DNA of 64,000 nucleotides from Sphagnum compactum. Lineage: Eukaryota. The stretch spans positions 8,308,001 to 8,372,000 of the forward strand of contig OZ234494.1 of the NCBI GenBank assembly GCA_965153455.1, read 5' to 3'. Each line of letters begins with the position of its first letter. The stretch's first letter is position 1. This document shows positions 1 through 13,164 of this stretch, piece by piece. The notes under the pieces were generated by a model. That model was not told the origin of the DNA. It did not search any database and was given only the letters and a program-made list of their open reading frames with translations. Position numbers and translations under genes: made by a program.

Positions 1-692
1 TAATAGCTGATTCTCCAAACTGAACAGCCAACCCCAGAGCAAGTTTCCAGAATAATATATTCATAAGTACTGAGAAAATTTCTCAATGCTTTAGGATTTC
101 AGTCAACCTGGAAAGAATTGAAGAGATGACATTGACAAAAGCTTATGGATATTTCAGATCTTACAAACAACCCAGTAACAATCAACACGCATGAAAAAGA
201 AGAACACCCCACTGTAAAGAAAAGATGAAAACAAGAACCACGTGACAGAATTGAGGACATCTTGAACGACAGCAACAATTATACACATCTTCATGGACTT
301 TCAACAGCAACAATGCATATGGCATTGACCACCTACAATAACATACTTCATCAGTTGTCAGCAATTGGTGTAGTTCAATGTCAAGCATTAAGCAACATAC
401 TGAGATTCTGTCACAAGGGACGCGGTGAGAACAAAATTCAGCCATCATGCTGGCAAGCTCAAAAACCCTAAAAGAGAAAAAGAAGACCCAAGAAAACCCC
501 AAAAAGAAAGAGGAACACAGAAAGAGAAAAAGAGGTCAGGAATGGAAGAAGGAAAAACAAACATTAACAAATGAAAAGACCAAAAGCAGAGAGAAGAAAA
601 GAAGAACTCCGGGACAAGAAGAGAGAATCTTCTCAAATAAAAATCCAATGCCTTGATGAGTATGGGAGTGTGAATTCCAGCAGCATACATAC

Positions 693-1040
693 CAGCTCTG
701 ATGTAGTACCAGTCCCCATCATAAGGAGCCAGCTCTTTGAACGTTGCTGTTTTGACAAGATCGGACCATGCTGGAACCTCAATCTGAAAAGCAGCAGCCG
801 AAGCACAACAACAAAGACATCAATAAGGGTGTGCTCTGCTCGCTACACCATACCACACATATTGTTCACTATAGAAAACCGCAGCTTGCATGCAGACAGA
901 CATTTGCGCAGCAGTTTGCATCGACACTGATCTTCGATTTCAACGTGACTGACCTTTCCGGAGCGCTTCAAATGGGCTGCATAAGCACGAACGAAGTCAT
1001 GGGAAGGCACGTCCTTCACTGTCTTAGCGGTACTCGCCAT
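693..1040 (-). CDS. RPS19: 40S ribosomal protein S19 (eS19), 5' part; exons 1040-954 and 783-693, remainder probably left of the window
   Basis: Spliced translation [59 protein letters not shown] matches eS19; canonical GT-AG sites at both exons. Confidence 0.95.
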
Positions 1041-1387
1041 CGCTGCTGCTGCTACGGCGGCCGCTTGCACTCTCCTTCTCTTGTCCCACTCGCACTCTCC
1101 AAAAGAAAAGGCATGTGGACTCACAAGCGAGCTTTTAACTCTAACCCTAATCCAGACTACCATCGCACGGCTCTCGTTGAGGCGACTTCCATCCCACGGC
1201 CCAAATTAAAAACTGTCGTGGATCTGGCGGCCATGGCTGTGCAGAAATTAGGGTAGGCGCTAGGGTTCGATCTTGCTTTCGGTCTGTTGAGGTTTGCGAG
1301 CATTTGCTCCTGCGCCATCGTTCCTTGCATTGGTGGCGAAGGAAGGGAAAGAGGAGACGGGGGTGTTGTTGAAGGTTCTATTGCAAG
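1041..1387. promoter_or_regulatory. Compact bidirectional promoter/5' UTR region shared by RPS19 and RPL36
   Basis: 347 bp between divergent ATGs; telo-box-like AACCCTAA (~1143), TTAGGGT (~1248), TAGGGTT (~1261) and site-II-like GGCCCA (~1198), typical of plant ribosomal protein promoters. Confidence 0.6.
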
Positions 1388-1723
1388 ATGGTGGCGGCTG
1401 CTGCAATGGGGAGCGGCATTGCCGTGGGTTTGCACAAGGGTCATGCCGTGACGAAGCGGGAGATGGCCAAAAGGCCGTCGGCTAACAAGGGGAAGCTGGG
1501 CAAACGCACGTCGCTTGTGCGCAAACTGATCAGGGAGGTGGTTGGATTCGCCCCATACGAGAAGAGGATCACGGAGCTACTCAAAGTCGGAAAGGACAAG
1601 CGGGCACTCAAGGTGGCCAAGAAGAAACTGGGCACCCATTTGCGAGCTAAGCGCAAGAGAGAGGAGATGACCACTGTCCTGCGCAAGATGCGTGCCACTG
1701 GTGGCGCTGACAAGAAAAAGTAG
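1388..1723 (+). CDS. RPL36: 60S ribosomal protein L36 (eL36), intronless CDS
   Basis: [10 protein letters not shown]...[52 protein letters not shown] is the eL36 signature. Confidence 0.97.
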   Translation: MVAAAAMGSGIAVGLHKGHAVTKREMAKRPSANKGKLGKRTSLVRKLIREVVGFAPYEKRITELLKVGKDKRALKVAKKKLGTHLRAKRKREEMTTVLRKMRATGGADKKK

Positions 1724-2945
1724 TGAGCTTTTCTCTTTGGAGGTTTTTGCTGGCGCAGAGAGAGGAGTGGAGCTGCTTTTACTTGCAGCAGAAATTCTTT
1801 ACATTGTAGTTCTTTTCTTCATTGGAGGCATTAGGGTTTCTAAAATGTATGTGCTCTATTCTCTCCTGCGGAGTAGAATATTGATGAGTTTTGGAATGAT
1901 GAGTTTTGCTTAGGGTTTGCTATGATTTCACAATCTCTGAGTTAACAATCTTGAACATTCTTCTTCCAGGATTTGCATGTTTTTGGATGTTGGAATATCA
2001 CTTCTGCCCCGTTGGATTTGCTTCACAACACAGCCCCCCAAAGGGCTGGCTCATAGAGTATTGCTTGCACAAAATTCATTGCTAGGGTTTGCTGCAGTTA
2101 TTAGGGTTTACGGCACCATCCTCTGTAACTCTCTTGCCTAGTTGTTATATTATTGTCTTTGCTTTGCTTGCTTTCCGCATGTTCCTCATGTGCTGACATG
2201 TTGAATCAAGAAGAGAAGCCTTAAAAGGAAGCTTTCTTAATGGTGTACTAGGGTACAATTTTTTTGGATCTTGATATCTTTGCACGGTTTTTGCCTTTTG
2301 TTTGTTTGTCTTTTCATTCTGTATCTATCTCAGACTGTCCATTGCAGCATCGGACTTGGTCATCTGTGTTTTGAAGGTAGGAGAAGACACATGAGATACT
2401 TGCCCCTCATGTAAGTTTCCTTTGAAAAATGCTGTAGTGATACTTCATGAAAGGGATGCTAATTCAGTATCACTTAGTCAAGCTTCCTGCTGGCATTTCT
2501 TCTAAGTGTGGAAGTCATGAGATGATTTCAACTTTGCTATTTCTGCAATCTGTGGGGATGAGAAAGCACTGTGGGCCCTTTCTTCTTGCAGGTGCTGGGT
2601 TGTGGAATCTGCTGCTTTCTCACCTGCTTGCTTTGGCAGGCACCATGAATGAATGTGTGCTTTTGAGTAAACTCCTAACAACACCAGGGGATGGATATCC
2701 AGTGACATGCTGGTGATACATGTAAAATGTGAATTGCAGGATTTGCAAATGATCAACATTTCAGAAACCAGCTGTGCAGGTAAATTATGCAAAACATGTT
2801 TTAGATCTTGCTGAAGAAGCCAGCTTTGGGCAATTTGTCAAACTGGAGAAATGATGACATACATAGTTGTGATTAGGACTAGTTTTGCAGATAGACTGGT
2901 ACAGAAGAAGTAACCAAGCCCCAGCAAGCCACCATGAGTAGATGT

Positions 2946-4466
2946 CTACTTGAACCCAAGCAGAGCAGCTAAAAGTGGCCAAGAACTAACCAACAGACCA
3001 GCAGCAATGGTGGTGGCAGATACTGTCAAAAAAATTCTTCCTCTCTCAAAGAAAGTCTCAAAACCTTTGAAGATCATGAGGCAAAGTGTCACAAGACGCA
3101 ATCGGCTTCTTTCTTCAAGCTTGCCAAAGAATGTCATTGGCTGCAAGACTTGTCTGAGAGTAAAAGCCAGGAAAAGAGATGACAGCATTGAAGGCAACAA
3201 TTGCCAGGAAGGGTTCATTGTTTGCCAAGTAAAATAGCTCCAGCATGCACCAAGTCCTTGAAGAGCACCAAGGAAGAGCAAACCCTTTCTGAAGCCCAAA
3301 ATGGTCATCTTAAGCTCTGCCAAGGATTGACGAACTTCATGTGCCAATGGTGATGTATCTCGTTCCACTGTTGGTCCCACTATCTCCTCATGCTGGAAAT
3401 CGTCTAGTGTTTTGCTTCTAGGTTCTTCTTTTTCTTGTTCTTCTTTCTCTTGATGTTCTTCCTTTGGAAGCCTTTCTTCAATCCCTGCAGTTGCATCCAC
3501 TGCTCCAGGTGCTGCCACTTTAGTAGCAAAACCTCTGCAATGAGCCAATGTATCCACAGAAGCACTTGAATCGAGCAAGAACTTCATGCCAGTCCTCACA
3601 TGATGCAAATCGCCAACTCTGCAATTGAGTTCAAATCTGTTGCTGCAAACCTTTGTAGTGTGAGGAGGAGCTGCAATGCTGCTGCAAACCTTTGCAATAT
3701 GAGTAGATACAATAATGCTGTTGTTGACATCTTCAGGCCCAAAGCTGCAGGTCTTTCCAAAGAAACTGCTCCTGTAGTTTTGGATGTTGCAATCCCACCA
3801 AGACAACAATCTCTCTGGCAGCAATGGAAAACAGCCACTTCTGATGTCTGCAGTTGAGTCTGTTCCTACAGAGCACCTCCCCCCCACACACACACAAACA
3901 ACATGACTAGCTCACAAGTGGAATCCACCCAAATGAGCAGTGAAGCTTTGAAGCAAGAAGAAGCATGTCCTACTGAAAGCAAAGCTCAGATTGCAAGCAA
4001 GCTCTTGAGTGGCTTTGGAGAAGTTTGTAGCAAAAGATTAGACCTAAAACTCTGCAACAGTATCAAACAGGGAACGGAGATGAGAGTGCAAGCAAGCATT
4101 CATTCCTTCATGCAGGAAGATCTGAAAGAACTAGACAAACAGGAAAAGAGGAGCAGCACAAGAGAGCTGCTTCCCCGCCTAGGAGAGAAAACATTTACCA
4201 CATTCTTCTTCTGTTCTCCATCTGCTGACGCCCATGCCGGCTTCTCCTCCTCCTCCTCCACCGGGTCGTTCAAGCTGGAAGCTCGATGGTGGTGTTCTCC
4301 AGCTGCTCTGATTTGTTGTTGCGTCAGAGGAGGAGGAGTTATAGAACCCATCTGCAAAACTGCCTACAAAAGGGCGAGATGACTGTGAAGAAGAACAAGA
4401 ACAAGACCGTGAAAGTGTAGCCAGAGTATTTTTTGACAAAAGAAGTTGCAATCTTACAGTAGCCAT
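2946..4466 (-). CDS. Uncharacterised ~395-aa protein with transit-peptide-like N-terminus and C-terminal transmembrane segments; exons 4466-4199 and 3865-2946
   Basis: Phase-1 GT-AG intron (G|gtaaat...tgtag|GA) joins the two ORFs in frame; Ser/Arg/Leu-rich N-terminus; DFQHEEIVGPTVERD block followed by about 3 hydrophobic helices. Confidence 0.75.
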
Positions 4467-4649
4467 GGCTTTTTCTGTTGCTCAGCTCAGATATGGAGGA
4501 GGGGCAAAAGCAGGAGGAGGAGGAGTAGGAGGAAGAGGAATCAAGTGTTGGGTTGTCTTTCTAGGGTTTTTAGAGTTTAGCCCATGCCCTTGTTGTGAGA
4601 GAGACGGAGAGACTAGGGTTCAGGACAGACCGCAGGATCCTGTTACAAC

Positions 4650-5106
4650 ATGGGCTCCTCCTCTTGCTGTCTTCTGCTTCTTCACCGTCTTCCATTCTCA
4701 CCTCCTCTCTCTCATCATCATCACCCACACCACTACCACCATCATCCCAATTCCTTTCCCATTGCTGCTGCCACCACCAACAAGTTGTCGTCTCTTCTCA
4801 CGAGCTCTTCTTCTGCTGGTACTTCTTCTTCTTCTTCTTCAGCGTCGACAGGAAGACAGAAGGTTCAAGGGAGACGAGAGTTACTGGGTGGGCTCATTGT
4901 GGGTGTTGCTATACAAGGATCTTCTTGTGCATTTCTTGCTGGATGTAGGCAAGCCACGGCTGCAGAAGAACAACAAGAACAAGAAGAACATCTTCCGGAG
5001 GTGGGATTGATGGAGGGTCGTTTGAGAGGATGCAAAGGCTCTGCTCCTTGTGTTTCCACTTCGGCATTTCAGAGTCCTAGTCGCTTCATGCCTCCTTGGG
5101 TTGTGA

Positions 5107-5166
<60 letters not shown>

Positions 5167-6556
5167 CTTGTTGCATTTCTTTTATCTTTATAGAACTGGA
5201 AACACAGAGATTAGATTTCTGCAACAGAAAACAAATTCTGTTTTTGCTACATGTTGGATTTCTTTCTGCAACAACAACAGAAGCAGCTGCCACCATTTGA
5301 TCATCATCTTCTGCAGATCCTTTCTCTTGCAAAATGTGTATATAAAAAGCATTCATGGGACGATGTTGTTGGGATTCATGGCAACAGAAGCATTTGAGCT
5401 CCAGCAGTCATATCCATTGCAATTCTGTAGATTGATGATGATGATGATGATCCACACCAGTGCTATATTTGATTTTGGGAGTTTTTTTGGGGGGGTAGTA
5501 TTTGGGAAATCAGGATGAAGCATACAATGCCCTCAAGAAAGCGCTGGTTCAAATGGTGAGCTGATTTCCTCATTGTTGGTTTTGATGCTGCTACATTTGT
5601 TGCAACTAAGAATACTCAAAACCTGGTTTTTTCTTCTTTGTGGTGAATATGTTAGCTGTTTCTACTACAGATTGTTGCTCAGTTTGTTTGAATTTGATTT
5701 CATCATTTTTTCGAGAGTCGTTCAACTCTTGTGAATTATCTTTTTTTTTTCAAATTGTTTCCAACAAAAAAATTGAGCTGCAAAATTGGAATGGGCAGGG
5801 TGCCAAAATTGTGACAGATGATGGGAGCCGTTACATTTATGCCTTCCTTCCTTCAGGGAATTCAAGAGTGGATGATGTTGATGATCTTGAGTTCCTTTTT
5901 GTTGTAAGTATCAAAATTAGCAAATCCCACCCTGAAATCAAGGAGAATGAAATTAAGTAGCAGGCTTAGCATTTGTCTCGTCACTGTCACAAGTGTCGCA
6001 TGATCTTGAAGCCCCATTACATTTATACCTTTCCAGGAATTCAAAAGCAGATGTGAATAATCTTGAGTTCTGATTTTTGTTTTAAGTGGTACAATTTGCA
6101 GACTTTTCTGAACCTTTGTTTCAAGGAGACTGCTCAAAAATTGAAGTAGGCTTAGCTTTTTTTTCCCTCATCAGTGGGCCACAATGTTACATGATCTTAA
6201 AGTTTGGTAGACTGGAGACAACACAGTTACAAACAAGAAGATGCAATTTGCGCAGGGTAATGCAGTGTGCTACAGATCAGTGTCAAGGGTGACTATTCCT
6301 GATCCACCATTCTGTTGGTGGCCTGGCTGCATCAATGGTACGTACACTCTTGAGTTCCGGACAAACCACAATCAATGATACTGAGCTGGCTGTACAAACA
6401 TGTTGTAGGGAAGTTAGTATTCTAACAAAGTATTGGCATATCTATATTGCAGGACCTAGAAATCGTGGAAGGTTGGAGCATCTGAGAGATGAGCTTGGAT
6501 GGGTGCCTCTAGAAACTGATGAGGACAAGCATTGGGTTCCTCTTCTCTTGCATTGA
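4650..6556 (+). CDS. DUF1499-like chloroplast thylakoid-lumen protein; exons 4650-5102, 5499-5555, 5799-5903, 6256-6337, 6453-6556
   Basis: Transit peptide, twin-arginine-like RRELL plus hydrophobic stretch, then LRGCKGSAPCVST, PW, VDDLEFLF, YRSVSR, NRGRLEHLRDELGW; all junctions GT-AG and in frame. Confidence 0.8.
5111..5163. repeat. (CT)n microsatellite in intron 1
   Basis: Perfect CT dinucleotide run. Confidence 0.95.
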
Positions 6557-8436
6557 TGACATTTCTGTCAAATGGAATTTGAAATGATCTGTTTGAGGTT
6601 CACCAATTTTTGGTGAGCTTCTTCTCAGATCTAAGTGAAGCAAAAGACAAGAAAGTTGGTATGTCTTTAGAACTAGAATGCAATGCAATGAGCAAAGGTT
6701 CTGCAAAACTAGTTCATTGATGTATTATAAGGACAGGAGATGCAAGTTTGTATGCAAGATTAGGTGGTAAGAGTTGCATCAAAATACTAATAATGTTGAC
6801 CAGTTCCAGAGAGATTTGACACAAAAATTGCAAAGCCCATAGCATACGTAGGTTTCTTGTATATAACAGGTAGTCTCTTTTTATGACATGTGAGGCAGAC
6901 ATAACTGTCAAGGTCTGGAAGGAGAATGAGAAAGCACACCTGAGATGCACCTTGTAAAACTTCCATAAGAGAGGCTATGTTTCTGACCTTTTGTTTATGA
7001 CCTCTTTCCATGGGGATCTTGTGACAGAGCCTGCAAGCCATCTGGAGTATTTGGGGAAGGGAAAACACACACTGATCAAACAGGTCTTGACACAGCAGAA
7101 ATGAGCAAGGTACCTATTTGTAACATTGTGGGAAATAGCCTGCCTCAGAAACTTTCTCTTACTGCTCCTGAGTAGATATTTCCAGCTGTTAACTGAGATT
7201 TGGAGAATTGTTTTGTTTTTGCTGAACTGAGAATGAACATTTGGAAAAGCTCATCACATTCTTACATGAGCTGGTGGAATTCAAAATGTTCCGTTGGAGC
7301 ATGCTGGTTACCATGACTAGTTGAGGTGAGACATGGTAACCTGCACCATCTGACCAGTTACCTAGTGCATAATGTGATGATGTTCTTGGGTTGTAACTTG
7401 TGTGTAGTTGCAGGATTGTTCTTGTAAGGTTTGATGTGATGCTTGTGGGCAGTGATACTGATGGTTACAACAGCAGATTGGAATCTGTTGCTTTGACTCC
7501 AAATGTTTCACATTTGAGAATCATACCAAAATCCCACTTTGCTCATGGCTTTCAACTCTGACTTCCTCCTGCCTTTCAGAAAGATGCAATTTTGGAATAG
7601 TCATAACTGTGATGAAATCCTGGAGTGACTGATTTAGCTGTCTGTGTAGTTCACAGATCAGGACTGAGGTAAAAGAAAGTTAAAGCCCTCTTTGTTTGTT
7701 GCCATGAAGAAGGCGTGGGAAGCATGGATTGTTGCCTACAACAACAGTGTTATTCATGCTGCCACGCATCATGGTTTTGCATTTGCAACAAACCTAGGCA
7801 CCAGTCAGGCTACATCACCCACACAGAACAACAGCTATTAGTATGTCAATTTTGGGTTATGACTACCAAAAAACCTTTGCGATGTGATGAAGCTGATGGT
7901 TGTGTTCTTTATCGAGAAAAATGTTTACCAGGAATTTTCAAAAGTGATCAGAGGTTCTTCAATTCAAAGGAATGTCCAAACAATCAGAACTGAAGGTTCT
8001 TTGATTTCCAATACTTTGTAGAAACTGAAACTGGAGGTTATTCCAAAAAAAAACTCAGATAACTGCCCAACACTGCCATGGAAATGAGCATCTTATAAAC
8101 AATCCTACCACATTCCACGCAGGGCTCTGCTGTATTTTGGGGTGAGTACAAATGATGCACTCAAACTTAAACAGAGGTGATGAGCATTGCCACTTGTTTG
8201 CCTCCTTCTCTAGCACTTTACTTGCAATTGCATCCTTCTCAAGCTTTTTACATTCAATTTTGATTCATGTGATTTTTGGGCTGGACAAGCTAGGAATTGG
8301 GCAACTCTTGCTGCATGAAATCTTGTTGCTGTGAGACCCTCCTCTTTGATAGGTAGCCTTATGTGATGTGTTTAAGCTTGCAGGTTTCTGGCGGTGCAAG
8401 CATGTAATTTTTGGTGTAGGGTGAAGGCAGTATCAG

Positions 8437-8461
8437 GTTTAGGGTTTAGGGTTTAGGGTTT
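8437..8461 (+). repeat. Short interstitial (TTTAGGG)n telomere repeat
   Basis: GGTTTAGGGTTTAGGGTTTAGGGTTT. Confidence 0.85.
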
Positions 8462-9004
8462 CACCGGTGTTAAGGGCCTGCATAAGGTGATAGCAGACCC
8501 GTGCAGACCTGATTCTGGCAATGCCCTTGTCCAAGGGCCTTACCCATCAGGGAGAACATCCCAAATCATATGAACCCTCCTTGAAATGAAATGTACAACC
8601 CTCTCACTTGTTATCGAAGTAAATTATGCTGGAAAAATTTGCCTCCGTTTTTAAACTAGGAAATTTCTCTAAGTGCTTTATGAGAGTTTAGATGCATATT
8701 ATGCACATCCATAGGATTCCATGCTTTGTAAGTGTATCTCCAAATACACTAAGAAAATCCTGGAAGACTTTTAGGTTATCCTTGAAGTCCTACTCAGTTC
8801 AACCCTTACCTATTTCATACCTTGTTCACCCCCCTATTTGACTTTTCGACTCCCACTTTTGTTATGTAGAAACTCCAAAAAAGTGATGAGCAAATTGAAA
8901 AACTTAACATGGGCTTGCCACTGTGGGCACTAAGCATAATTTGTTTTTCAATTATGAGTTGTCCAGACATTTAAGTCGATACTATGAGATTTTTAAGTTG
9001 TACG

Positions 9005-9760
9005 GACCTTAGGTTATAGGCTTGAGCATTTAAGATTTGGATTTTAGGGTTTTAGAATTAGGGTTTGGGTTGAGGTTTTAGGGTTTGGCAGTTAAAGTTT
9101 TAGAGTTGAACTTTTAGGGTTGAACTTTTGGGGTTGAGATTTAATTGTGAAAACATTTGGGTTTTAGGGTTTGTGTTATGGTTTAGGGTTTAGGTTTCAA
9201 AATATAAGTTTCAAAGTTTGGGGTTTTAGTTTTTAAGGTTTAAATTTTCAGGTTTAGTTTTTGGGTTTTGGGGTTGAGGTTTTGGGGTTTAAAACCTAAA
9301 GTTTTATGATTTAACTTTTAAAATTGAGGTTTGGGCATTTTAGGGTTTAATTTTTTGGGGTTTTGAACTTGAGGTTTTAGGGTTTTAGTTTTATGGTTTA
9401 AGGCTTGGGGTTGATTTTAGGGTTTCCTTTTTTTTTTGGTTGAAGTTTGGGCCTTTTAAGGTTTTATTTTTGTGATTTTGCATTTAAAGTGTTAGGGTCA
9501 CAATTTTTAGGTTTAAATTTTTGGGTCAAATTTCGGCCTTGGGTTTAAATTTTGTTAAGGTTGATGTTTGTGGCTTTGAAGGGTTAACTTTTAAGGTTTT
9601 AGGGTTGGGGTTTTAGTGTGTAGGTTTCAAACACGTTTTATGAAGGTTTGTTTGAGATTTTTAGGGTTATGTTTGGGCTTTTTTTTGAAGGTTTCAAGTT
9701 TTGTTTTAAGTGTTTAAGGGTTAGGGTTTTGGGTTTAAGTTTAGGGTTTTCTAACTAAGG
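9005..9760 (+). repeat. Degenerate telomere-like G/T-rich tract (~750 bp)
   Basis: Many TTTAGGG, TTTTAGGG, TTTGGG and TTGAGG variants, all on one strand, with few C. Confidence 0.85.
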
Positions 9761-11786
9761 TGTGATTTTTTAAGTTTAAAGATCGAAGTTTCCATCAAGT
9801 TTGGGATCCTGAAAACAACTGGTGTGATGCTGCTCACCACCAAACACATGTATACAGGAAAGAATGTTTCAGATTTTGGCACAAGAATTGTGTTGCAAGC
9901 AGCAAAGATGGGAAGAGGAAGGCAAGAGTGCCCGCATCCTTTTGACATGAAAGTGCTATTCTACCATTCAGTGTTTAACTTTCCACTGAGTTCTCCATTC
10001 AACCATGGGATAGGCATAATAATTGACTCTTCACAATTCTACTTGTCCAGCATACATCCTGTTGAAACCACACTTTTAACTGTCAAATCAATTCAGCATC
10101 ACAAGCTATAGAAATTCCAAATTTCAGAAGTTCAGAATTGATATCACACACCAAAACACATCAGTAAGCATGCACAGCAAAGCAACATAGCAGTGAAAAG
10201 CAAAGCAAAGGTTCAGGAATCACTTACAGAGAACCAAAGAGTATCACAAATCCTGTACATCCAACCAATTGTTACTTCGGGCAAACATCACTCTACCAAC
10301 CCAATCCTCATTGTTCCAACTTTTCAACCCTCCTGGCCCCTGGCATTGTATAATGCATTTAGAGACCAAAAGTCTTCAGCAATTTGTATGTCCGTGAGCT
10401 ACCGCCAACTTGGCAACAATTTTATGCAGAAAAACAGTGATAAATACATGTTTCTTCACATGGCCACATCTTCAAGACATGCAGCCACAAAAGCATTTTG
10501 CTTATTTTCAAGCAAGCATAGCCAGCCACTAGCAAGGACACATGTTCAAATCAGGTCACGTAACCAGACCACACAACCCAATCCCCAAAAGTGTGAATTA
10601 CATTGCAAAACAAAATCATCCTGACAATATCACCCTTGATCAATAGGGATGGGGCTTTCAAAGAATCCAAAGGATGAATGTAAATGATGTGAAGGTTAAG
10701 TGGCAGGATGTCCGCATCTCCAGATAACATTTGCATGAAAACAATGCTCTCCAGCAATGTCAACAGACAGTCTAGATGAGGATGATGACTCATCTCATCA
10801 GACTGCTTCCAAGCTGTAACAGACACAGACTGATGCAAGAAGTAGGGGCATTGAAAATTTTCACATCATGCTGCTGTCCAACTCGTGGGTATTTTCATGC
10901 AGTACCCACAGGCACTCCAACTCAAAACGCCCCTAAGGACTCTGCATTTATGCATGCAGAGCCAAGTAAAGTAACCTTTGATGATAGATCATGTTTCAGC
11001 ATACTGAAAGCATGGAACCCAAACAGGAAGAAGGCATGGAGAATACACACACTCTCTGTCCACATGTAGATGATATAGCTGCAGGAGTATTGTTTCAGAA
11101 ACTCACACTGGTGTCAAGGTTATATTCATGTGAAGCTTACATTCTAATAAAAAGCTGCCATTAGAGGGAAGAACAAAAAAAGGGGTCCAACCCGAGAAGT
11201 AGCCATCACACAAGGAGTCCAAGTTTTTGAGCTAAGCCTACAAAAAAATTGTGTCTTTCTTGATTGAAATACATTCCCTTGGGACTAGAATGGTTCACAA
11301 GCTGGAGATGGACATGACAAACATTCGGCTTGGTAACAAAGCTAGTAGACCATGAAACAACTTACTGGAACTGCCTGCCTACAGATGGAGAGGGTCTCAC
11401 AAGGTCAGTCAAACTGAGTCCTTCAAAGGCTCTTTCTTGAGGAGCGGTGGCGGGAAGCACCAACCCCAGTTGTCGATTCTATCGCACAGTAGAAGCAGAG
11501 ACTGATTTTCACCCCCATCACAAAAAAAGCTTTTACCTCTTGGAACGTTTCAGGAAAACGCATGCCACAAAGAAAGCCCCTTGAAGGCTTTGAAGTGGAC
11601 AGCATCATCATCCTGTCTCCCTTCCAAGGACAACACTACACCCGAGTACATTGAAAAAAAAACCGAAATCACATAGGGCTCTATAACCCTAATCCGTACA
11701 ACGATACCCCAAGGACAAGAGCTTCCCCTCACTCAAGAACGCCTCAAGCTTCTTCAATGAACGGAAAGAAAAAGTATCTCCTTCCT

Positions 11787-12428
11787 TTAGGCATTGGCTG
11801 CTAGGGTGCAATCCCTTGCAAGATGCCCAGACTCTCCACAGTTGTAGCAGTTGCGTGTACCACCACCGCCGCCACCGCCACTCTGTCTGGCATTACCTGT
11901 GGACTCATTAGGGCAATCTCTAGCAATGTGGCCTCCCTCACCACAGTTGTAACATGAGCGGTCGCCTCCGCCGCCGCCACCAAAGCCACCACCTCCTCTG
12001 GGTGCACGGCCTCCTCTGGCTCTTATCCCTACAGGTCCGCCACCACCGTAACCACCAGAAGCCCCCCCAAGGCCACCACCACTACTACGACCTCCTCCTC
12101 CTCTTCCGCCACCATAGCCATCGCGGCGATAAGAAGCGCCCTGCACAAAAGTGCCGCCCGGGCCGGTAACATCCAACGCCTTGGTACGTCCGTCGTCACT
12201 GGACTCCACGGAGAACTCCACGGACTCGCCTTCTCTTAGAGACCGAAAACCCTCGGCATGTATGGAGGTTTGATGGACGAAGAGATCTTCGCCGCCATCG
12301 TCAGGGGTAATGAACCCGAAACCCTTGCTGCTATTGAACCACTTCACGGTCCCGCTCTTCTTCTTGCCAACAACAACAGCAGCAGCTCCTCCAGGAGCTG
12401 CTGCTGCTGCTGCTGCATCTTCGGCCAT
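11787..12428 (-). CDS. CSP: Cold-shock domain protein with Gly-rich linker and two CCHC zinc knuckles (CSP/GRP2, Lin28-like), 213 aa, intronless CDS
   Basis: [15 protein letters not shown] and DLFVHQTSI (CSD RNP motifs); [14 protein letters not shown] and [14 protein letters not shown]; first ATG at 12428. Confidence 0.95.
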   Translation of the reverse strand: MAEDAAAAAAAPGGAAAVVVGKKKSGTVKWFNSSKGFGFITPDDGGEDLFVHQTSIHAEGFRSLREGESVEFSVESSDDGRTKALDVTGPGGTFVQGASYRRDGYGGGRGGGGRSSGGGLGGASGGYGGGGPVGIRARGGRAPRGGGGFGGGGGGDRSCYNCGEGGHIARDCPNESTGNARQSGGGGGGGTRNCYNCGESGHLARDCTLAANA

Positions 12429-12879
12429 CCCCCAACAGCGATGGACAAAAACCTCCACGGAAGAAAGAAGAGCCTCTCCACCCGTCCACCCGCCCCTGTT
12501 CCTTCCACAAAATCCCAACTCCGCTGCTTCTGTTCTTCCGGTCACTATTTGTTTTTAAAATTTTCTCTTACCCTCTCCTGCAGCTACTTCTTACGTACTC
12601 CCAACTGCTTCTCGGAATTCGAGAAGAAAGACACCGCTGCAGAGCGTAGCGACACAGAAAGAGAGGAGCAAATGCGGATGGGTGTCGTGGGCAGAAGACA
12701 CGAGACACAAGAGGAGAGGGACAAAAGAGAGAGGGAGGGGGTGGGGAGGGCAGGGGGGATCTCGAAAGGCGCAAATGCGCTTCTTCTCACATATTGCGAT
12801 TGTGGTGCGACAAAGGCGATGGCCGCAGCAGCAGCAGGCTGATGATCATCGGACGGCAAGAGACGAACCCGGTGCTGCC

Positions 12880-13150
12880 AACGGCCCCGATAAGCTCATC
12901 TGAATAATCGGACGGTCGTGAGTGCAGGAGACGTATTAGGGTTTGCACATCATCATCATCATGACGAGTATCGCCAGTGACTCGGGCGATGAGGCAGGGC
13001 CCGGGGGGGCGATGGAAAACCCTAATACGTGCGTGGCCGTGGCCGGCCCTGACGTGACGGCGCTTGCCGTATTACGGCAGAAGAGAGCACCGGATCACAG
13101 ACGGTGATACGGCAGGTGTAAATTGTACGTATTATTGACGTATAAATACC
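12880..13150. promoter_or_regulatory. GC-rich upstream region of the CSP gene with telo-boxes
   Basis: TTAGGGTTT (~12936), AAAACCCTAA (~13016), GGGCCC and TGACGT motifs; abrupt switch to AT-rich DNA after ~13150. Confidence 0.45.
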
Positions 13151-13164
13151 TCGGAGTATATTCG

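Noticed and set aside
3903-5518. Overlapping alternative-frame ORFs (3903-4382, 4465-5010, 4881-5165, 5096-5518)
   Set aside because: Shadow ORFs of real exons or products of microsatellite and low-complexity sequence
11787-12545. 252-aa N-terminally extended CSP
   Set aside because: The extension starts at a non-ATG codon; the first ATG is at 12428
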